The notes: generated by a model from the letters alone, not told the origin. A stretch of DNA of 64,000 nucleotides from an uncultured Candidatus Poseidoniales archaeon (GCA_905182185.1 CAJJAP010000007.1:17461-81460), one strand, 5' to 3'; numbered from the stretch's first letter, positions 20,544 to 30,930 are shown. Numbers and translations are program-made.

Positions 20544-21338
20544 CTAGTTGTCCATAATACTTTGTGGAACCATCGTAATTGAGTAGCCAGCATCAACATA
20601 GATACATTGGCCGGTCACACCGCTTGAAAGAGGACTTGCTAACCAAATTGCTGCACCAGCAACATCGGATTGTGTCACATTGCGGCGCAAAGGCGCATTG
20701 GCCTCTACGTGGTCTAGGATTTTATCAAAGCCAGGAATTCCTCCAGCAGCTAGAGTTGGAATCGGGCCAGATGAAATTGCATTGATTCTGTGACCATCTG
20801 GGCCTAAGTGGCAAGCGAGTTCACGAGTCCAACATTCCAATGCGGCTTTGGCCATTGACATTATTCCATAATTTGGAACGAAACGATTTGCTGCTGCATA
20901 TGTTAGAGTAATTGTTGATGAATTTTCATTCAGATAAGGCAATGCAAATTTCAAACATCTTTGCAATGAATTCGCAGATATTGTCATCGCTGTGTTAATA
21001 TCTTGATCTTCAACGAATAATATCGGTCTGTCAAAACATGAACGAGGAGCGAAACCGATCGCATGAATCAAAATATCCGCCTTCAGGCCCGGATTCTCGG
21101 CGGAAAATGCATCGAAAAATTCTTGGGTATCTGCATCGGTTGCAACATCGAGAGGATAGAAACCTGCTATCTCTGGCAATTTATCCTTTAATTGGAAAAC
21201 ACGGCTCATAAATCTCTTCTGATAACCGAGATACAGCGTGACGCCTGACGCTGCTAAATGTTGGCATATCGCCCAAGCGATTGAATCCTCACTTGCTACA
21301 CCAAAAACAAATGCGGTTTTTCCTTGTAGTCCGAGCAT
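20544..21338 (-). CDS. FabI-like enoyl-[acyl-carrier-protein] reductase (SDR); candidate trans-acting ER for the PKS
   Basis: N-terminal GKTAFVFGVASEDSIAWAI (FabI SIAxGIA-type fold). Catalytic YGIMSMAKAALE (Yx6K). Lies 11 nt upstream of the PKS on the same strand. Confidence 0.8.
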   Translation of the reverse strand: MLGLQGKTAFVFGVASEDSIAWAICQHLAASGVTLYLGYQKRFMSRVFQLKDKLPEIAGFYPLDVATDADTQEFFDAFSAENPGLKADILIHAIGFAPRSCFDRPILFVEDQDINTAMTISANSLQRCLKFALPYLNENSSTITLTYAAANRFVPNYGIMSMAKAALECWTRELACHLGPDGHRINAISSGPIPTLAAGGIPGFDKILDHVEANAPLRRNVTQSDVAGAAIWLASPLSSGVTGQCIYVDAGYSITMVPQSIMDN

Positions 21339-21563
21339 AACAACACCTGTACATTGGGTAGGTGTTGCCCGCTACACCAGCCCTTTGACTGTTACCATTG
21401 ATTAGCACCACAATATGGAGATTTTAATACCTTTACAAATAGCCCGACGCACCCCGAATCATATGCCAAATAAGCAGTGCAATTGATGGTTTTCAACTAC
21501 ACAAGGTGTTAGCGCGGAAAATTTGATTGTATCGAGGTTACCGCGCAACTGCGAACTAAACAT

Positions 21564-22652
21564 TCACAGGTCATTTAGGAATGAATCTAAATCATCTTCT
21601 TCATCATTTAAATCGTCGAACATATCATCAAATTCATCTAAATCTTCAACAACTGGTTTAGTCACTTCTTCTATCTCTGGGAGATCGATAGCATGTACCG
21701 TTGCATCGTCAGAAGATCTCCTACTGATTACCTTTAGGCCCAACACTAGAATGAATATCCCGAGAATACCAGCGCCAATAATAGCGCCATATTTCTTCAG
21801 ATCCTCGCTACTAAGTTCATCAAGTCCACCCAATCCAGAGATTTCATTAGGTTTTTCTACTACCAGAGTAATTAATATTTCACTGAACTCCGCATTATCA
21901 TCATTGGCACTTTCTGCACGTATTATCATCTGAACTCTTATCTCTTCGGTGACTTTTGAAGGCGCACTTATTGTCAGGTCACGAATTGAAGAAACTCCTC
22001 CTGCGGCTACATCTTCAGCAACAAATGAGCCCAATGGGAAACTAAAACCACTTTCAATTAGTTCTGCCTCATTGGCAATGGATACTCTAATTTTATCTTC
22101 ATCATTACCATAGTTGGAAAATTGGAATGATATGACTCTCTGTTCATCCAATTCCAAAGTTCTAGCGCTTTTGTCGCTCATCTCTAATTCGACCATCCCA
22201 TAAGTAGAAACGGTGAAATCTCCTTCATATGAAGCGTTTACATTTAGTTGATCCATTGGGAAGATGCCACCCCATGTATCAACTTGAGCGTTAAGTGTAA
22301 ATGAATAACTGGTATCTGCCGATAATTTTGTCGGACCTGAAAAAGTGATGGTGAATTCCTCTTCCTCACCCGCTTCTATTTCGAACGAATCTTCTGACAA
22401 AATCATATCTATATTATTCGCATCCCACTCTTTTTCAACTGAAATTGTCTCCGCCAATGATGAAGGATTACTTACTATACAAATCAATTCCACCGGCTCG
22501 TAGTATGATGGGTGAACTTCCATTACCGGGTCAGTACCGCAATCAATCTCAACGCTAGGTCCAGTTGGCACATCTTGAGCCGAAGCCATTAAAGACAATG
22601 CTGGAAGCATAAAAAATGCCAGTGCAAAAGTTAGAATCTGACCCTTCCGCAT
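21564..22652 (-). CDS. Secreted single-pass membrane protein with an acidic C-terminal tail, hypothetical
   Basis: The ORF-track start at 22778 is GTG and overlaps the upstream TatD gene. The internal ATG at 22652 gives a classic signal peptide (MRKGQILTFALAFFMLPALSLMASAQD). C-terminal TM helix, then a D/E-rich tail. Confidence 0.5.
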   Translation of the reverse strand: MRKGQILTFALAFFMLPALSLMASAQDVPTGPSVEIDCGTDPVMEVHPSYYEPVELICIVSNPSSLAETISVEKEWDANNIDMILSEDSFEIEAGEEEEFTITFSGPTKLSADTSYSFTLNAQVDTWGGIFPMDQLNVNASYEGDFTVSTYGMVELEMSDKSARTLELDEQRVISFQFSNYGNDEDKIRVSIANEAELIESGFSFPLGSFVAEDVAAGGVSSIRDLTISAPSKVTEEIRVQMIIRAESANDDNAEFSEILITLVVEKPNEISGLGGLDELSSEDLKKYGAIIGAGILGIFILVLGLKVISRRSSDDATVHAIDLPEIEEVTKPVVEDLDEFDDMFDDLNDEEDDLDSFLNDL

Positions 22653-22720
22653 GCCTCTCACCGGTTGTGGGTTGAAGCACTCTTTCATCAATGTAGTGGG
22701 TAACAGAGCCCCAAAAACAC

Positions 22721-23626
22721 CTATGCACGCATAGTATCCCCATATAGCAGATTTGGCAAATCTTGGTGAGTTTTCCACATTATTTCCTCATCGACTCCAA
22801 GTTCCAACAGTTGTTTTGTTCTTTTTGGAACTGTTTTCGGACCCAATACTGCACCTGGGCGTTTCGGGTCATCCATATAATCGGTCTCTAGTAAGAATCC
22901 ATGACTTGATTTTGTTATAGTTTCCATCAATTCCTCAATAGCTCCTTTGCCTATCAGCACACTAGGAGTGATTCCTTTGGTAATTTCTGCATCGATATTG
23001 GCTGGAGCATAGTGCCTTACTATTTTCTTGCAATCCATTCCAGCCTTTATCGCCATTTGTGACAAATCTGAATATGTAGATTCCAATTCACCTTCAACGT
23101 GTAACTGCAAGGTAATACCTTCTTGACTAGCCAGATGCATTGTTTCCGATAATAACTGATTGGACATATCCCACACCTGCTTTGATACTGGCCAGTGTGG
23201 CCGCCCTACTTCTCCAATAGCGTGCGCTTTTCCTTCATGGACAAACTCTAATGCAGCATCAATGCTATCACGATAATTATTGGCAGCATTTTCGATTCCT
23301 TGTTCGTTTTCACTTTTAATTGCATTATCTAATTGATGCGCAAATGCAGCAGGATGAGGGCCCAATACAACTCTAACTCCTAATCCGACTTCCTTACGCA
23401 CTGCTTCGGCCATCGAAATAGTATCTGCATATGTGTCGCTATGGCCTTTTTTAGAAGTAGGTGGTGATGCGAAATCTGGACAATGAACTAGAACAAGATC
23501 AGTGCCCCCGAATCGTTCAAAATCACGAGCGGCCTCAAGAAATAAACCTTTACGGTTTAGATGGAAATGGTTGTCGGTAACCGGTCCATCCCATAATTTG
23601 GATAATTCACTCATCGCGTTCACCAA
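22721..23626 (-). CDS. TatD-family metal-dependent hydrolase
   Basis: N-terminal DNHFHL motif and further His/Asp/Glu ligands typical of the TatD/amidohydrolase TIM barrel. 301 aa. Confidence 0.7.
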   Translation of the reverse strand: MVNAMSELSKLWDGPVTDNHFHLNRKGLFLEAARDFERFGGTDLVLVHCPDFASPPTSKKGHSDTYADTISMAEAVRKEVGLGVRVVLGPHPAAFAHQLDNAIKSENEQGIENAANNYRDSIDAALEFVHEGKAHAIGEVGRPHWPVSKQVWDMSNQLLSETMHLASQEGITLQLHVEGELESTYSDLSQMAIKAGMDCKKIVRHYAPANIDAEITKGITPSVLIGKGAIEELMETITKSSHGFLLETDYMDDPKRPGAVLGPKTVPKRTKQLLELGVDEEIMWKTHQDLPNLLYGDTMRA

Positions 23627-23679
23627 TTATTGCCACGGAGTTATGGCTATTCTGTCTTGTGCTAAAACCAACGTTACAA

Positions 23680-24228
23680 TCAAATCCTTTGGATGAAATA
23701 ACCTTTTTCAGCGAATTTGTTTTTCCAATATACTGCTGCCATTGCAACCATATTAGGAGAATTTGCTCCAAGTGCAATACAGCGACCGTTTGGCCAGATG
23801 TTGAGGGTGATGTCGTGCCTTGAGTCCTCAACGATAGTGCAGCCAAGACGAGCATCATATTGCGCCTCTCCTGCCCCGACATCTCCGATTATAGATTCAA
23901 CTGCGATAGTTTCTTCAAAATTGAATGAAGCGACCATCGGGCCTAATTCAGTAGTAAGCCCAGAACTATCTAGACCCATTTGTAAAAGAAACTCCTTTGC
24001 AGCTGCCCGAGCAGTTTCAATGCGCTGAGTGCCATGAACTACTAACTTCCCATCCGCATCGATTACGATAGTTGCACGAGGTGCATCTAAGACTTTGATT
24101 ACTACTCCACCTGTTGCTGTTCCACCCAGTTGTGCAACAACTGCATCTTGGTCAACTGGTGTTCGCGTAATAAAACGAACCAGTTGATTTTCAACTCGCA
24201 CATCGATACCTTTTGGTGCCATAATCAC
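23680..24228 (-). CDS. Divergent TBP-like protein (two TBP-type repeats)
   Basis: 182 aa with an internal duplication. The repeat ends DGKLVVHGTQRIETARAAAKEF and NGRCIALGANSPNMVAMAAVY align to the archaeal TBP pattern SGK(L/I)V(V/C)TGAKS...A(V/L). The size is typical of archaeal TBP, but the DNA-contacting residues are poorly conserved. Confidence 0.4.
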   Translation of the reverse strand: MIMAPKGIDVRVENQLVRFITRTPVDQDAVVAQLGGTATGGVVIKVLDAPRATIVIDADGKLVVHGTQRIETARAAAKEFLLQMGLDSSGLTTELGPMVASFNFEETIAVESIIGDVGAGEAQYDARLGCTIVEDSRHDITLNIWPNGRCIALGANSPNMVAMAAVYWKNKFAEKGYFIQRI

Positions 24229-25094
24229 TCCTCCTCTGTATCATCCGAGTCAGGGGGGGATGAAGAAATCTCCTCAACCTCCTTTTGCTCATTCAACGCT
24301 GAATAAATTGCATTTCTCCACGGCATATGCATTGGTAAAATGAGTGTTGCATCATCACCATGTTGAATTCTTAAATCCGCCAATGCACCGCGTAATCTTG
24401 CTGCAAAGCGATTATCTCTTGATGAGGAGATGGATTCGTTTATTAGCCATTCAGAAAGTTGCCACCATGTCAATGCCAATACGCTTGCTGAAGCCATATT
24501 CTTTGTTACACCTTTAGGTGGTTCTCTCGCTTTAGAAACATTATTCTTCATTCGTTTGCGCCATTTTCCACCAAGGCTGATCATCCCCAGTAACTTCCTC
24601 CAATGGGATGCGGCTTTTGCTTCCTTACTCAGATATTCATACCACTCATCATCATCGGCCGTAGGTTCAATAAAATATACTGATCTTTCGTGACGTACAG
24701 CATTACGATGTAATCTACGTGGCTCAGGATCGGGGAATCTTCCTGAAATAACCCCTTCCAACTCTGTTACATCATCGAGGTAAATTGCCAATCCACCACC
24801 GGAAATAAGGCTGTAATTGAGATTAACCCCCGGCGACTCTGCTTCATCTATCTCTTCCTGCACCCACAAATCAACTACATCTGGTGATTCGAGCAAAGCG
24901 ATTCCATGCCATGATTCTCTTGGCCTCATTTTAAGAGGAAAAATCACCGTAGGCAATGTACCATGAAGGATTATTTTTCCGCCATCTGGGTCAGACCAAA
25001 CAAGATCGTCCCATGAAAGAATAGGCTGCAAGATTTCACCTTCACTGCCCTTTAACCCAGTCTTGTAAAGCTTCAATACTCCATCCTTGGTCAA
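24225..25094 (-). CDS. hypothetical protein with acidic C-terminus
   Basis: 289-aa ORF with no recognisable motif. Overlaps the neighbouring genes' ends by a few codons, operon-like. Confidence 0.45.
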   Translation of the reverse strand: MTKDGVLKLYKTGLKGSEGEILQPILSWDDLVWSDPDGGKIILHGTLPTVIFPLKMRPRESWHGIALLESPDVVDLWVQEEIDEAESPGVNLNYSLISGGGLAIYLDDVTELEGVISGRFPDPEPRRLHRNAVRHERSVYFIEPTADDDEWYEYLSKEAKAASHWRKLLGMISLGGKWRKRMKNNVSKAREPPKGVTKNMASASVLALTWWQLSEWLINESISSSRDNRFAARLRGALADLRIQHGDDATLILPMHMPWRNAIYSALNEQKEVEEISSSPPDSDDTEEE

Positions 25095-28000
25095 AGTAAC
25101 CCTGGATTTCTGCTTGATTCCATTGAGGGAATGTTGCGATCGCTCTAGCCATTTCCGGATCTACATCTGATGGATGAGAAGAATGAGTTGGTAATTCAGC
25201 ATAGACCTTGCCTTCTTCTTCATATTCACCATCACCAAAGAGGTCAGATGAATTGTCGTTATCTTGGCCGCGCTTGAACAATACTACAACGAGAACTGCT
25301 AATACTGCAGCAATAATACCAACAATAGCTAGTAATAATGCCATGCCATTACCGCCGGATTCTCCTTGAACCTTGACATTGAATTGATCACCTACTAGAG
25401 AACCATCGTACTCGAGGTCGCTAGATGAATTGTCAAAAATCATGTAATACATCCCAGTAGTAGCACTTGGGAACGCTTCAAGTTCAATCGTGAACCAAGC
25501 AGATTCCCCAATAGCTAACTCTTCAGTTTCGATCATTCCAACCTTTGATGGGATTCCATCATTGATTACTGATTTCACAATAAGACTTGCTTGACCTGCC
25601 ATTGTACCTGTATTCCTCAATTCAACTTCAAGAGTCATCTTTTGACCTACAGTAGGATTCAAAGGATTCATCTTTACATTTAATATGTCGAACTTTGCTT
25701 CTTCATGAATGAAATTGTAAATTGACTTGTGAGATAATTCTCCCGAAACCATATGGGCTATGGCAGAACTATCTTCTTGCGGTCCACCACCAAGTATAAT
25801 TTGTGAACCGGCTGAATCAACACCTTCAATCCAGAAAATTATTTCAACACCGCTAATATCCTCTGGAGATGGATCGAATTGGCCTTCTTCAAGTGGCCAT
25901 AAATCAATACAATCACCTGTAGCGAAATATGAACCACCTGTCGGCAATAAGTCTAGATTTGCTTTCATTGGGTCGCTTCCATGTGTAGACCTATAACTAC
26001 TCCATGCGATATCATTAGTTGGGTCATCAAAGAACTTCCAAGCAACTTGTACATCGCCTGGGAACAGCGCTTCTTGCTCTTCAATAATTACTTCAACATC
26101 TATACAGTGATAGTTTGATGTAGAGATATACCCTTCAAGTATTTCTCCAGTGGCTCCTTTCTTTGCCGTCCAAGAGTTGGTTGCAACGCGTGGAGAATTA
26201 CTGTCTACCTTTATGTTAAAGGAGGCACATCCAAAGGAAGTGGAACCCGTACAAAGTCCAGAAGTAGTATCGATTGCACCATTTGGTAAATCGACCAACT
26301 CAAATGTATATCTGTAGTCATTAGTTACAGGAGGTGCTGTAATGTTAATATTGAACTCTCCACCTGTGAAGTTATGATAGAATGTTTCACCAGGATATGC
26401 AATATATCCCTTAGCACCATTCATAACACCATCTTCACGTGTGACCTTCAAAGTCATTTCAACCTCAGGCTTGATGTAAACACTGTCATAAATTCCGTCA
26501 ACATATGCGTATTGTCCAGCAAATGAGACCATGTCACCAGGATAAACGAATCCTTTTCTAATATCAGAGGTAAATGGTTCACTCTCATCAGCAAAGATTG
26601 GAGTGACCATCAAGTCATTCGCTTCATCAGTTCTGAAATCTAGTTGGATTCCGTCACTATAGAACCAAGATTGGATGTGGCGGCCAGAAACTGGCAGCAT
26701 TCTATAACGTGGATTGTCCAAGTCTTGCATATAGAGGACTGGAGAGTTCAATGTATTTCCTTCACCCAGTACACCCCAATCGATCCTGATAGGTAAGTCG
26801 AGATAAAAGTCAGATTCAAAGGTGTTAACCAAATGCCCACCGTCCATTCTCAAAAGGCGTGGACCTTCGCTGTCTTCGCTTTCTGCGACGACTTCTATCC
26901 ATTCGCTGTCTGTCCAAGCAGTCTCATTACGTGGGAAATACCATAGTGTCAGATCCTCACGAGAGTCATCTAAATCGATTCGAATGTAATCAACATCACG
27001 CCATCCATTATCATCACCAGCCTCTACTATCAGATGATATTCATTTCCAGCATACATTGTTTGATTCCAATCTCCTTGCCATTGTTGTTGATTGGAATTG
27101 ATAAAGCGATTATCACTTGAATCATCGATGAAGAAGTTTCTGATAACTGGATTCTTTGATGACATTGAAACATATGTTACATGGTCATTGTCAAACCCAG
27201 GTGCGCCGCCATCAATTGGGTTGCCCGCTAAGTCAAATCCTTCAATCCACAAACTGACCTTTCCAACTGGGTCTTGACCCTCATTGGCATAATCGTTGTA
27301 TTCACCGGAGTAGTTTGCATTTGGCACTCCACCATCACTGGTTAATGTGATACTGGTATATTCATCAGCGGTTGCAAATCCGTCTTCATCTGCATCGTTA
27401 TCGTGTTGAACCCAAATGTATAATTCTAAAGTTGCAGGAGGATTTGGTAAATCTTGAGCTTGCATTCGAATCTTCTGGTTTGCTGAAGGAACCACCCATG
27501 TATCGTCTATCAGTGTTCTCCAATTGCTATCTACATTTTCATCCACTTGACCGTTCAATACTTGCAAATTGATTAAATTCGGGTCATATGTATCAATCGT
27601 CAAGTTGAATGGGATTGCACAATCTGCATCAGGGCGAAGTGAAAGGCTCGGGCAGAGAGTATCTCCGCCTTGGTAGCCATCTATCTTGAATCGATATGTT
27701 TCTTCTCCTGCTGCAGTTGAACCGAGGTCAACATTCCAATTGAAATCTCCACCGATCGCACCAGATTGATTTGCAACTTCTTCCCATTCAGTAGTCACGT
27801 TACCTTCTGTATTGTTGACATGGCGCAATTGTAAGACCATGTAGTAACTTGTCGGGTCAGGTGATGCATCAAGGCCCTGTAGTCGGATTGAACCTACTAA
27901 GTTGATTTCTTGATTAGACATTCCATTATCTAAATCTTGAATAGTCCCTATACTGTTCTGTAATGAGAAACTCGTGATTCCTGCATCATTTTCAACTGCA

Positions 28001-30930
28001 TTGCCTCCAACTGGAGCCATCAGTATTGCAGCTGGGAGACCGTTTACACCATTACCGGCTATCAAACCAGAATAGATTCGAACTGTTTCAGTATCTTCCC
28101 AAGTAGGATTAACTCTAAATCTCCATATTACTTCTTTACCATCGGTAATATCAGCATATGTTGATGATTCAAGAGTGAGTAAATTATCTTCATCACTTGA
28201 TTCGGAAAATCCTAAGAATTCAGAATATGACAAAACCACATTACCTGTATCCGACTCAAATGAAAGGGTTGCTTCCGCAAGCGTAGAACCGGTCAATGGG
28301 TCAACTGTATGCGTTGTTACGATTTCATAAATCTCACCGTTAGGGTATAGTCCAACTGGATTACCATTCATTGTGATGGTGTTGTCATATCCAGTGCTTG
28401 TTGAAAGTGAGAGGTCTGATAGTGTCACTCCACCACCTGTTGTAGAGATTACTGCAATTGGTACGCTAGCAGTTGCTCCGCCTCCATCCCAAAGTGCAAC
28501 ACCTTGGTTTAATTCAGAATCAAGTCCATCACCGTTGTTTATTACAGTTGAATAATCGTAAATAACATCTAACCCTTTAACGGTCATGGAAGTACCTGTG
28601 CTCGCATTTGGAGAGGTGGCCTTGAAGAAGAAAGTCATCCATTTATTGCCATATGCATCGTCATGGCTATGTGGGACCATTGGATTTGTCAACAATGAGT
28701 TTAATGCGTCTGTGAGACCGAGTGCATTTGGAAGTGCTTCAGGGATGATAAAAGAGGCATTGTCAATGCTACCAAGACTATACTCTTGTGAACCTGAAAC
28801 AAGATAAAGGTCAAATCCTTCTATTGGATCGGAATTAGAATGAATTGTGATATCATCAAATGCCACATCTGCAGCGGTGATAACCGAGCCCTTAGGTAGC
28901 ATGAAATGTCCACCGATTGCAGTACCAGACAAGTCAGTAGTCATTACTTTGCTATCCGCTCCGTAATTTATACCGTCCGCCTTATTATTCCAAAGAGTTG
29001 TTTGTCTGCCAAAGGAACCAAACGCAGGTTCATCAAAGCCCCAATCAATATCACCATCGTGGGCGACATCTATCTGAATCCTCTCAGCGTGGTGACCAAA
29101 TCCTAGGTCAAACCACATACCGCCAACGTTACATGGAGAGGTGTAGGAAAGAATTGTATTGAATCCGAATACTGGAGCTGTCATGTTTGTAGTGACATTA
29201 TTTGACAGAGTCTCGATACCCGTTACACCCGTGTAGGATACATCGATGGTCGGGTCTTCTAAGCAATCATCTTGAATCATTGGAGTAATACTTGTAATCG
29301 GGCGGTTGAACTTTTGTCTATCCAATGCAACTGTAAATGACGTATCTACAATACTTGGAGAATACATCATCAAGTCTGCCATACCAATGGATTCCCATAC
29401 TCCATTGACAATAGTATTCATACCATTTGATGTTTGGTTAAATCCAGTACCGACACGAGTCCCCATACCTAAGCCATGTAATACTGGCGTGCTTAGTTGA
29501 CTTGGACCAGAATCAAATCTAAATTTCAAGTTAATACTTGGATAAGTTGTTGAATTGACATCCCATAATTCAATGATTTTCCCTGAAAGTCCAGACATAG
29601 CAGCGCCATCGCTATCAATTACAATTTGACCATTGGTTGAATCGATAATATCGACTTCAATGGTTGCGCTGGAGGTAGTCTCGGATTCCAAATTAAGGAT
29701 TCCGAATCCATTCGGATGATTTTCTCCACCAAGAGTAGATGGTAGGAAACCGCGAATTGTCATTTCACCAGTTTGTGGTAATAAGTCGCCTAATCTAAAG
29801 TTATCAATATACCAACCCGATGTATTGAAATCTTGTACAGACCATCCAGCAGGAGGGTTGTATCCTTGATGCTCCATTACGAAACGGAGTTCAATATATT
29901 TACCGACATAATCTTTCAAGTCTAGGGCAACATCGGCCCACCCAGTTGGATTGGCTGCATATGTAGATTTACCAGCAAGACCATAATCGTTGTCAGAGAT
30001 TCCACCACATTGCGACGAAATCTTGTTATTTGCACCGGAATTACTCTTTTGCCAGTATCCATTTGAATAACTGATTCCACTAGAGTTCTGAATATCGATT
30101 GGAATATAATCAAAACCTGTAGAGGATAGGGGGTCGTATTGACCTGCTACCAAAGATGAACGAATTTCTACATATCCACAGTCCATCAGTTTACTTTGAA
30201 CAGGAGTTGCAGAGTTTCCAAAGCTTTCCAGGTTGTGCCATGAAGAGAAGTGTGCCGTATGAGTTTTCAACTGAGGGCTGACGAACATTTCAACAGAATT
30301 CATCTTTAGACTAAATGATTGAGCACCATTGTCATCGGTGTAATTATCATCATATAGATTTGTACCCCAGCAGTCAGAGCCAGATGCACAATTTGAATTT
30401 GTGATCATACCACCGAATAATGAACCATGCTCCCAGCCAACTCCACTCTGTGGTGGCGGGTTAGTCACGTCCATGAAACCGGCATTTGTGCCTTCAAAGT
30501 CGGTCAGAAATCCATCTGATTTCAAACTAACAGGAGTAGCTTGTGAACCATCTTCGATTTGAAAATCATCAATATTGGAGAAGATTGTCAATTGATTATT
30601 ATATGCAGGATTCCATACACGCGGTATTGTATCAATATCGATTCTGGCCTGAGATGAATGTTCAAGCATATTGGTTGCAATTTTCAAAGATGCACCGGTT
30701 ACAGTCTCCCCCGCAGGTATGTTGACCAATCCGTCAACTAGGTTCAAATATGCCGTTCCGTCTCTCAATTCAATATCTACTTCTGAATCGCCATTTGCGA
30801 ATGTAGTTACTGTCGATGATGCTGCCAATGGTGCAAATAACATCAATGCTACCAAGAACATTGATGTACTAATTTTTCTATTCTGTTGTGTCATAAAATC
30901 ACCTGCTATCCTTCGCGAAGGAGAAACCAC
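25042..30930 (-). CDS. Giant (about 1950 aa) secreted cell-surface protein with a C-terminal TM anchor and cytoplasmic tail
   Basis: Probable start at the internal Met (nt ~30894) giving the signal peptide MTQQNRKISTSMFLVALMLFAPLAASS. Long S/T/N/G-rich beta-type sequence. C-terminal LLLAIVGIIAAVLAVLVVVLF followed by a charged tail. Confidence 0.8.
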   Translation of the reverse strand: MVSPSRRIAGDFMTQQNRKISTSMFLVALMLFAPLAASSTVTTFANGDSEVDIELRDGTAYLNLVDGLVNIPAGETVTGASLKIATNMLEHSSQARIDIDTIPRVWNPAYNNQLTIFSNIDDFQIEDGSQATPVSLKSDGFLTDFEGTNAGFMDVTNPPPQSGVGWEHGSLFGGMITNSNCASGSDCWGTNLYDDNYTDDNGAQSFSLKMNSVEMFVSPQLKTHTAHFSSWHNLESFGNSATPVQSKLMDCGYVEIRSSLVAGQYDPLSSTGFDYIPIDIQNSSGISYSNGYWQKSNSGANNKISSQCGGISDNDYGLAGKSTYAANPTGWADVALDLKDYVGKYIELRFVMEHQGYNPPAGWSVQDFNTSGWYIDNFRLGDLLPQTGEMTIRGFLPSTLGGENHPNGFGILNLESETTSSATIEVDIIDSTNGQIVIDSDGAAMSGLSGKIIELWDVNSTTYPSINLKFRFDSGPSQLSTPVLHGLGMGTRVGTGFNQTSNGMNTIVNGVWESIGMADLMMYSPSIVDTSFTVALDRQKFNRPITSITPMIQDDCLEDPTIDVSYTGVTGIETLSNNVTTNMTAPVFGFNTILSYTSPCNVGGMWFDLGFGHHAERIQIDVAHDGDIDWGFDEPAFGSFGRQTTLWNNKADGINYGADSKVMTTDLSGTAIGGHFMLPKGSVITAADVAFDDITIHSNSDPIEGFDLYLVSGSQEYSLGSIDNASFIIPEALPNALGLTDALNSLLTNPMVPHSHDDAYGNKWMTFFFKATSPNASTGTSMTVKGLDVIYDYSTVINNGDGLDSELNQGVALWDGGGATASVPIAVISTTGGGVTLSDLSLSTSTGYDNTITMNGNPVGLYPNGEIYEIVTTHTVDPLTGSTLAEATLSFESDTGNVVLSYSEFLGFSESSDEDNLLTLESSTYADITDGKEVIWRFRVNPTWEDTETVRIYSGLIAGNGVNGLPAAILMAPVGGNAVENDAGITSFSLQNSIGTIQDLDNGMSNQEINLVGSIRLQGLDASPDPTSYYMVLQLRHVNNTEGNVTTEWEEVANQSGAIGGDFNWNVDLGSTAAGEETYRFKIDGYQGGDTLCPSLSLRPDADCAIPFNLTIDTYDPNLINLQVLNGQVDENVDSNWRTLIDDTWVVPSANQKIRMQAQDLPNPPATLELYIWVQHDNDADEDGFATADEYTSITLTSDGGVPNANYSGEYNDYANEGQDPVGKVSLWIEGFDLAGNPIDGGAPGFDNDHVTYVSMSSKNPVIRNFFIDDSSDNRFINSNQQQWQGDWNQTMYAGNEYHLIVEAGDDNGWRDVDYIRIDLDDSREDLTLWYFPRNETAWTDSEWIEVVAESEDSEGPRLLRMDGGHLVNTFESDFYLDLPIRIDWGVLGEGNTLNSPVLYMQDLDNPRYRMLPVSGRHIQSWFYSDGIQLDFRTDEANDLMVTPIFADESEPFTSDIRKGFVYPGDMVSFAGQYAYVDGIYDSVYIKPEVEMTLKVTREDGVMNGAKGYIAYPGETFYHNFTGGEFNINITAPPVTNDYRYTFELVDLPNGAIDTTSGLCTGSTSFGCASFNIKVDSNSPRVATNSWTAKKGATGEILEGYISTSNYHCIDVEVIIEEQEALFPGDVQVAWKFFDDPTNDIAWSSYRSTHGSDPMKANLDLLPTGGSYFATGDCIDLWPLEEGQFDPSPEDISGVEIIFWIEGVDSAGSQIILGGGPQEDSSAIAHMVSGELSHKSIYNFIHEEAKFDILNVKMNPLNPTVGQKMTLEVELRNTGTMAGQASLIVKSVINDGIPSKVGMIETEELAIGESAWFTIELEAFPSATTGMYYMIFDNSSSDLEYDGSLVGDQFNVKVQGESGGNGMALLLAIVGIIAAVLAVLVVVLFKRGQDNDNSSDLFGDGEYEEEGKVYAELPTHSSHPSDVDPEMARAIATFPQWNQAEIQGYFDQGWSIEALQDWVKGQ

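Noticed and set aside
21339-21563. Promoter for the fabI-PKS-PPTase operon (a TATA-like gtattaaaat on the minus strand about 80-100 nt upstream)
   Set aside because: The distance from the start codon and the sequence are not convincing enough to call a feature. The real promoter needs transcript-start data.
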